Below, one piece after another: positions 60,137 through 64,000 of a stretch of DNA of 64,000 nucleotides. Origin of the DNA: the human T2T-CHM13v2.0 reference genome, Homo sapiens. Positions within the stretch are counted from its first letter, which is position 1; the number at the start of each line of letters is the position of its first letter. The stretch lies in assembly GCF_009914755.1 (NCBI RefSeq), contig NC_060940.1; one strand, given 5' to 3'. The position numbers and the translations under genes are program-made. The notes below the pieces were generated by a model, which worked only from the letters and a program-made list of their open reading frames with translations, searched no databases and was not told the origin of the DNA.

Positions 60137-63100
60137 AAATCCATTCGATAATTCAATTCAAGTCCATTCGATGATGATTAAAATCGAATCCATTCAAAGA
60201 TTCCATTCAGTTCCATTCGATGATTCCCTTAGATTCTATTCGATGATTCCACTTGATTCCATTTACGATGATTCCATTCGATTCCATGTGATGATTCCAT
60301 TCAATTCTATTCAATGCTGTTTCCATTTGATTCCATTCGACCATGATTGCCTTTGATTCCATTCAATGACTCCATTCGGTTCCCTTTGATGATGATTCCG
60401 TTCGATTCCATTTCATTATTCCATTTGATTCCATTGGATGAGTCCATTCGATTACATTCGATGATTATTCCATTCGAGTGCATTAGATGATTCCATTCGA
60501 GTCCATTCGATGATTCCATTCGATGTTGATTCTGTTCAAATCCATTCGATGATTCCACTCGATTCCATTCGATGACTCCAGTTGATCCCATTCGATGATT
60601 TCCTTTGATTCCCTTTGATGATCATTCCATTTGATTCAATTCGGTGATTTCATTTGATTCCATTCAGTGATGTTTCCATTCGACTCCATTCGATGATGAT
60701 TCCATTCGACTCCATTCGATTATGATTTCATTCAATTCCATTCGATAATGATTCCCTTCGAGTCCATTCGATGATTCCATTCGATTCCATTCAACGATGA
60801 TTTGATTCGTGTCCATTCGATGATTCCATTTGATTCCACTTGATGATGATTCCATTCGAGTCCATTTGATGATTCCATTCAATTCCATTCTCCGATGATT
60901 TCTTTTGAGCCCATTCAATGCTTCCACTCGATTCCATATGATGATGACTCCATTCGATGAAATTCGATGATGATTCCATTCGCTTGCATTCGATGATGAT
61001 TCCACTTGAGTCCTTTAGAAGATTCTATTCAATTACATTCCATGACGATTCCGTTCGAGTCCATTTGATGATTCCATTAGACTCCATTCGACGATGATTC
61101 CATTCGATGTTATTCGATGATTCCATTCGATCTCATTCGATGATGATTCCATTCAACTCCATTCGATGTTTCCATTCGAGTTCATTCTATTATTCCATTA
61201 GATTCCATTCGATGATGATTCCATTCGATTCCATTTGATGATTGCATTCTATTTCATTTGATGATGATTCCATTCGAGTCCACTCGATGATTCCATTCGA
61301 GTCCATTTAATGAATCCATTGGTTTCAATTCTATGATGATTACATTGGATTCCATTCGTTGATGATTTCATTCGGTTCCATTCAATGATGATTCCATTCA
61401 ATTCCTTTCAATGTTTCCATTCAATTCCATACGATGATGATTCCATTTGATTTGATTCGACAGTGAGCCATTCGATTCAATTCCATGATGATTCTATTTG
61501 ATTCAATTGGTTGACATTTCCATTCGATTCCATTCGATGATGATTCCCTTTGATTCCGTTCAAAGATGATTCCATTCTAGCCCATTCAATCATTCCATTC
61601 GATTCTATTCAATGATGATTCCATTCATGTCGATTTGGTGATTCCATTTGACTTCATTTGATGATGATTCCTTTCAAGTTCATTAGATGATTCCATTCGA
61701 TTCCATTTGATGATGATCCCATTCGAGTCCATTCAGTGATTCCACTCGTTTCCATTCCATGATGATTCCATTCCATTCCATTCAATGATTCCATTCGATT
61801 CCGTTTGATGATGATTTCATTCGAGTCCATTTGATGATTCCATTTGATTCCATTCGATGATGATTCCATTCGAGTCCATTCGATGATTCTATTCGAATCC
61901 ATTTGATGATTTCTTTTGATTATAGTTGGTGATGATTCCATTGGAGTCCATTCAATGATTCCATTTGATTCCAATCGATGGTGATTCCATTAGAGTCCAT
62001 TTAATGATTCCATTTGATTCCAGTCTCTGATGATTACATTTGAGTCCATACGATGATTCCACTCAATTCCATATGATGATGATTCCATTCGATTCCATTC
62101 GATGATTCCATTCTATTCTATTCAATGGTGATTCCATTCGAGTACATTAGATGATTCCATTCGATTCCATTCAATGATGATTCTATTTGTGTCCCTTAGA
62201 TGATTCCACATGATTCCATTAGATGATGATACTATTTGAGCCCATCCAATGATTCCCTTCGATTCCATTCGATGAGGATTCCATTCGATTCAATTCATTG
62301 GTGATTCTATTCAATTCAATTCTTTGATTCCATTCCATTCCATTCGACAATGATTCCATTCGATTTCTTTCGATGATTCCACTCGATTCCACTTGACATT
62401 GATTCCCTTCGATTCCATTCAATGATTCCATTTGATTCCAGTGGATGATGATTGCCATCGATTCCATTTGATCACTCCATTCTATTCCACTTGATGATGA
62501 TTACATTCGATTCCATTTGACGATTCCATCTGATTCTATTCGAGGATTCCATTTGATTCCATTCGATGATGATTCCATTCGAGTCCATTCGATGATATCA
62601 TTCGAATACATCCAATGATTCCATTCGAGTCCATTTGATGATTCCATTTGATTCCATTTGATAATGATTCTACTAGAGTCCATTCAATGACTCCATTGGA
62701 GTCCATTCAAGAATTCCATTCGACTCCATTTGATGATTCCATTGGATTCCATTTGATGATTCCATTCGAGTCCATTTAATCATTACAGTCGAGTCCATTT
62801 GGTGATTCCACCGGATTTCTTTTGATAATGATACCATTCAATTACATTTGATGATGATCCCATTCAATTTCATTTGATGATGATTCCATTAGAGTCTATT
62901 CGATGATTTCATTCGAGTCCCTTCATTGATTCCATCCGATTTCATTGGATGATGACTCCATTCGAGTCCATTCGATGATTCCACTCGATTCCATTAGATG
63001 ATTCCATTGGAGTCCATTACATTGTTCCATTCGATTCCATTCGATTCCTTTCGAAGATTATTCCATTTGAGTCCATTCGATGATGATTCCATTCCATTCC

Positions 63101-64000
63101 ATTCGATGATTCCGTTTGATTCCATTCGATGATTCCCTTCGATTCCTTTCTTTGATGATTCCATTCCATTCCATTCAATGATTCCATTCGAATCTATTCC
63201 ATGATGATTCCTTTCGATTCCATTCGCTGATGTTTCCGTTCAATTCCATTCGATGATGATTCCATTCGATTCCATTCATTGAGGATTCCATTTGATTCCA
63301 TTCAATGATGATTCCGTTCTATTCCATTCAATGATTGCATTCAATTCCATTCAGTGATTATCCCCTTAGAGTAAACTCAACGATTCCATTCAATACCATT
63401 CGATGATGATTCCTTTTGAGTCCATTCAATGATTTCATTCAAGTCCATTTGATGATTCCTTTCAATTCCATTCTATGATGATTCCATTCGAGTCCATTCG
63501 ATGATTCCATTCGATTGCATTTGATGATTACATTATATTCCAGTCAACGATGATTCCATTCGAGTCCATTCGATGATTCCATTAGAGTACATTTAATGAT
63601 TGCTTTGTTTTCAATTCGAAGATGATTACATTGGATTCCATTCTATGATACCATTCGATTCCATTCAATGATGATTCCACTCAAATCCATTGGATGATTC
63701 CATTCGTGTCCATTCGGTGATTTCATTAGATTCCATTCGAGGATGATTCCATTCGATTCCATTCGATGATTCCATTCAATTCCATTCGAGGATGATTCCA
63801 TTCCAGTCCATATGATCATTCCATTTGATTTCATTCGATGATGATTCCATTCGATTCCATTCGATGATTCCATTCTATTCCATTCGATGATGATTCCATT
63901 CGAGTCCATTCGATGATTCCATTCGAGTCCATTTAATGATTCCATTGGGTTCAATTCAATGATGATTACATTGGATTCCGTTCTATGATTCCATTCAATT
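60137..64000 (+). repeat. Higher-order unit C5 (partial, truncated by the window end)
   Basis: Anchor at 60137. C-type head GATTAAAATCG. ORFs 60171/60307 are identical to 15819/15955. Confidence 0.9.

Larger units (their letters stand above)
1..64000 (+). repeat. Human Satellite II (HSat2/HSATII) tandem array, CATTC-rich strand on +, probably HSat2B
   Basis: Continuous diverged ATTCCATTCG(ATG)1-2 / TTCGAGTCCATTCGATGAT repeats over the whole window, with abundant TCGA. This is the HSat2 signature, as opposed to the purer (CATTC)n of HSat3. The subfamily call rests on the ~6.1 kb period, recalled as typical of HSat2B (lower confidence, ~0.7). Confidence 0.98.

Noticed and set aside
174-63954. 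About 170 minus-strand ORFs of 60-164 aa rich in MES/NGII/EWN repeats
   Set aside because: They are direct translations of the GAATG/CATC-rich strand, which is naturally poor in stop codons. They overlap in several frames, are broken by out-of-frame indels between copies, and show no domain or gene signals.
1-64000. CRISPR-like repeat/spacer array or other prokaryotic defence/diversity system
   Set aside because: There are no constant direct repeats separated by unique spacers, and no cas, reverse transcriptase or recombinase genes. All sequence is degenerate satellite.
1-64000. HSat3, alpha satellite/CENP-B boxes, telomeric repeats
   Set aside because: The frequent ATG/ATGATG interruptions and TCGA/GAGTCC are HSat2-type. 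I saw no 171-bp alphoid monomer, CENP-B box or TTAGGG tract. The 170-bp B/C indel is made of HSat2 monomers, and its size is coincidental.
1-64000. Inversions or embedded L1/Alu/ERV fragments
   Set aside because: The CATTC orientation is kept throughout, and I saw no non-satellite tract on reading the window.

Overview
The entire 64 kb window is one uninterrupted, single-orientation array of human-type Satellite II (HSat2/HSATII; diverged ATTCC-ATTCG-ATG repeats in 23/26/49-bp frames). It is most consistent with the HSat2B subfamily with its ~6.1 kb period (pericentromeric heterochromatin, typically chr16q11.2; chromosome not verifiable here). I found no genes, RNA genes, transposons or CRISPR arrays, and all listed ORFs are translation artefacts of the repeat. 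The real structure is higher-order. Using the anchor AAATCCATTCGATAATTCAATT, the window splits into units A(4104)-B(5840)-B(5840)-C(6118)-A(4091)-B(5841)-C(6116)-C(6102)-C(6079)-A(4116)-B(5889)-C(partial). Every unit consists of a shared ~2.2-2.3 kb module X plus either a ~1.8 kb module Y (A units) or a ~3.65/3.85 kb module Z (B/C units). This implies a ~16 kb A-B-C super-repeat that expanded by unequal crossover to 21,902 and 28,229 bp. Unit-length differences can be accounted for base by base, and a recombination junction, a templated insertion and mosaic units can be located. All comparisons were made by eye and with the ORF-track offsets. I do not see a new protein-coding system.
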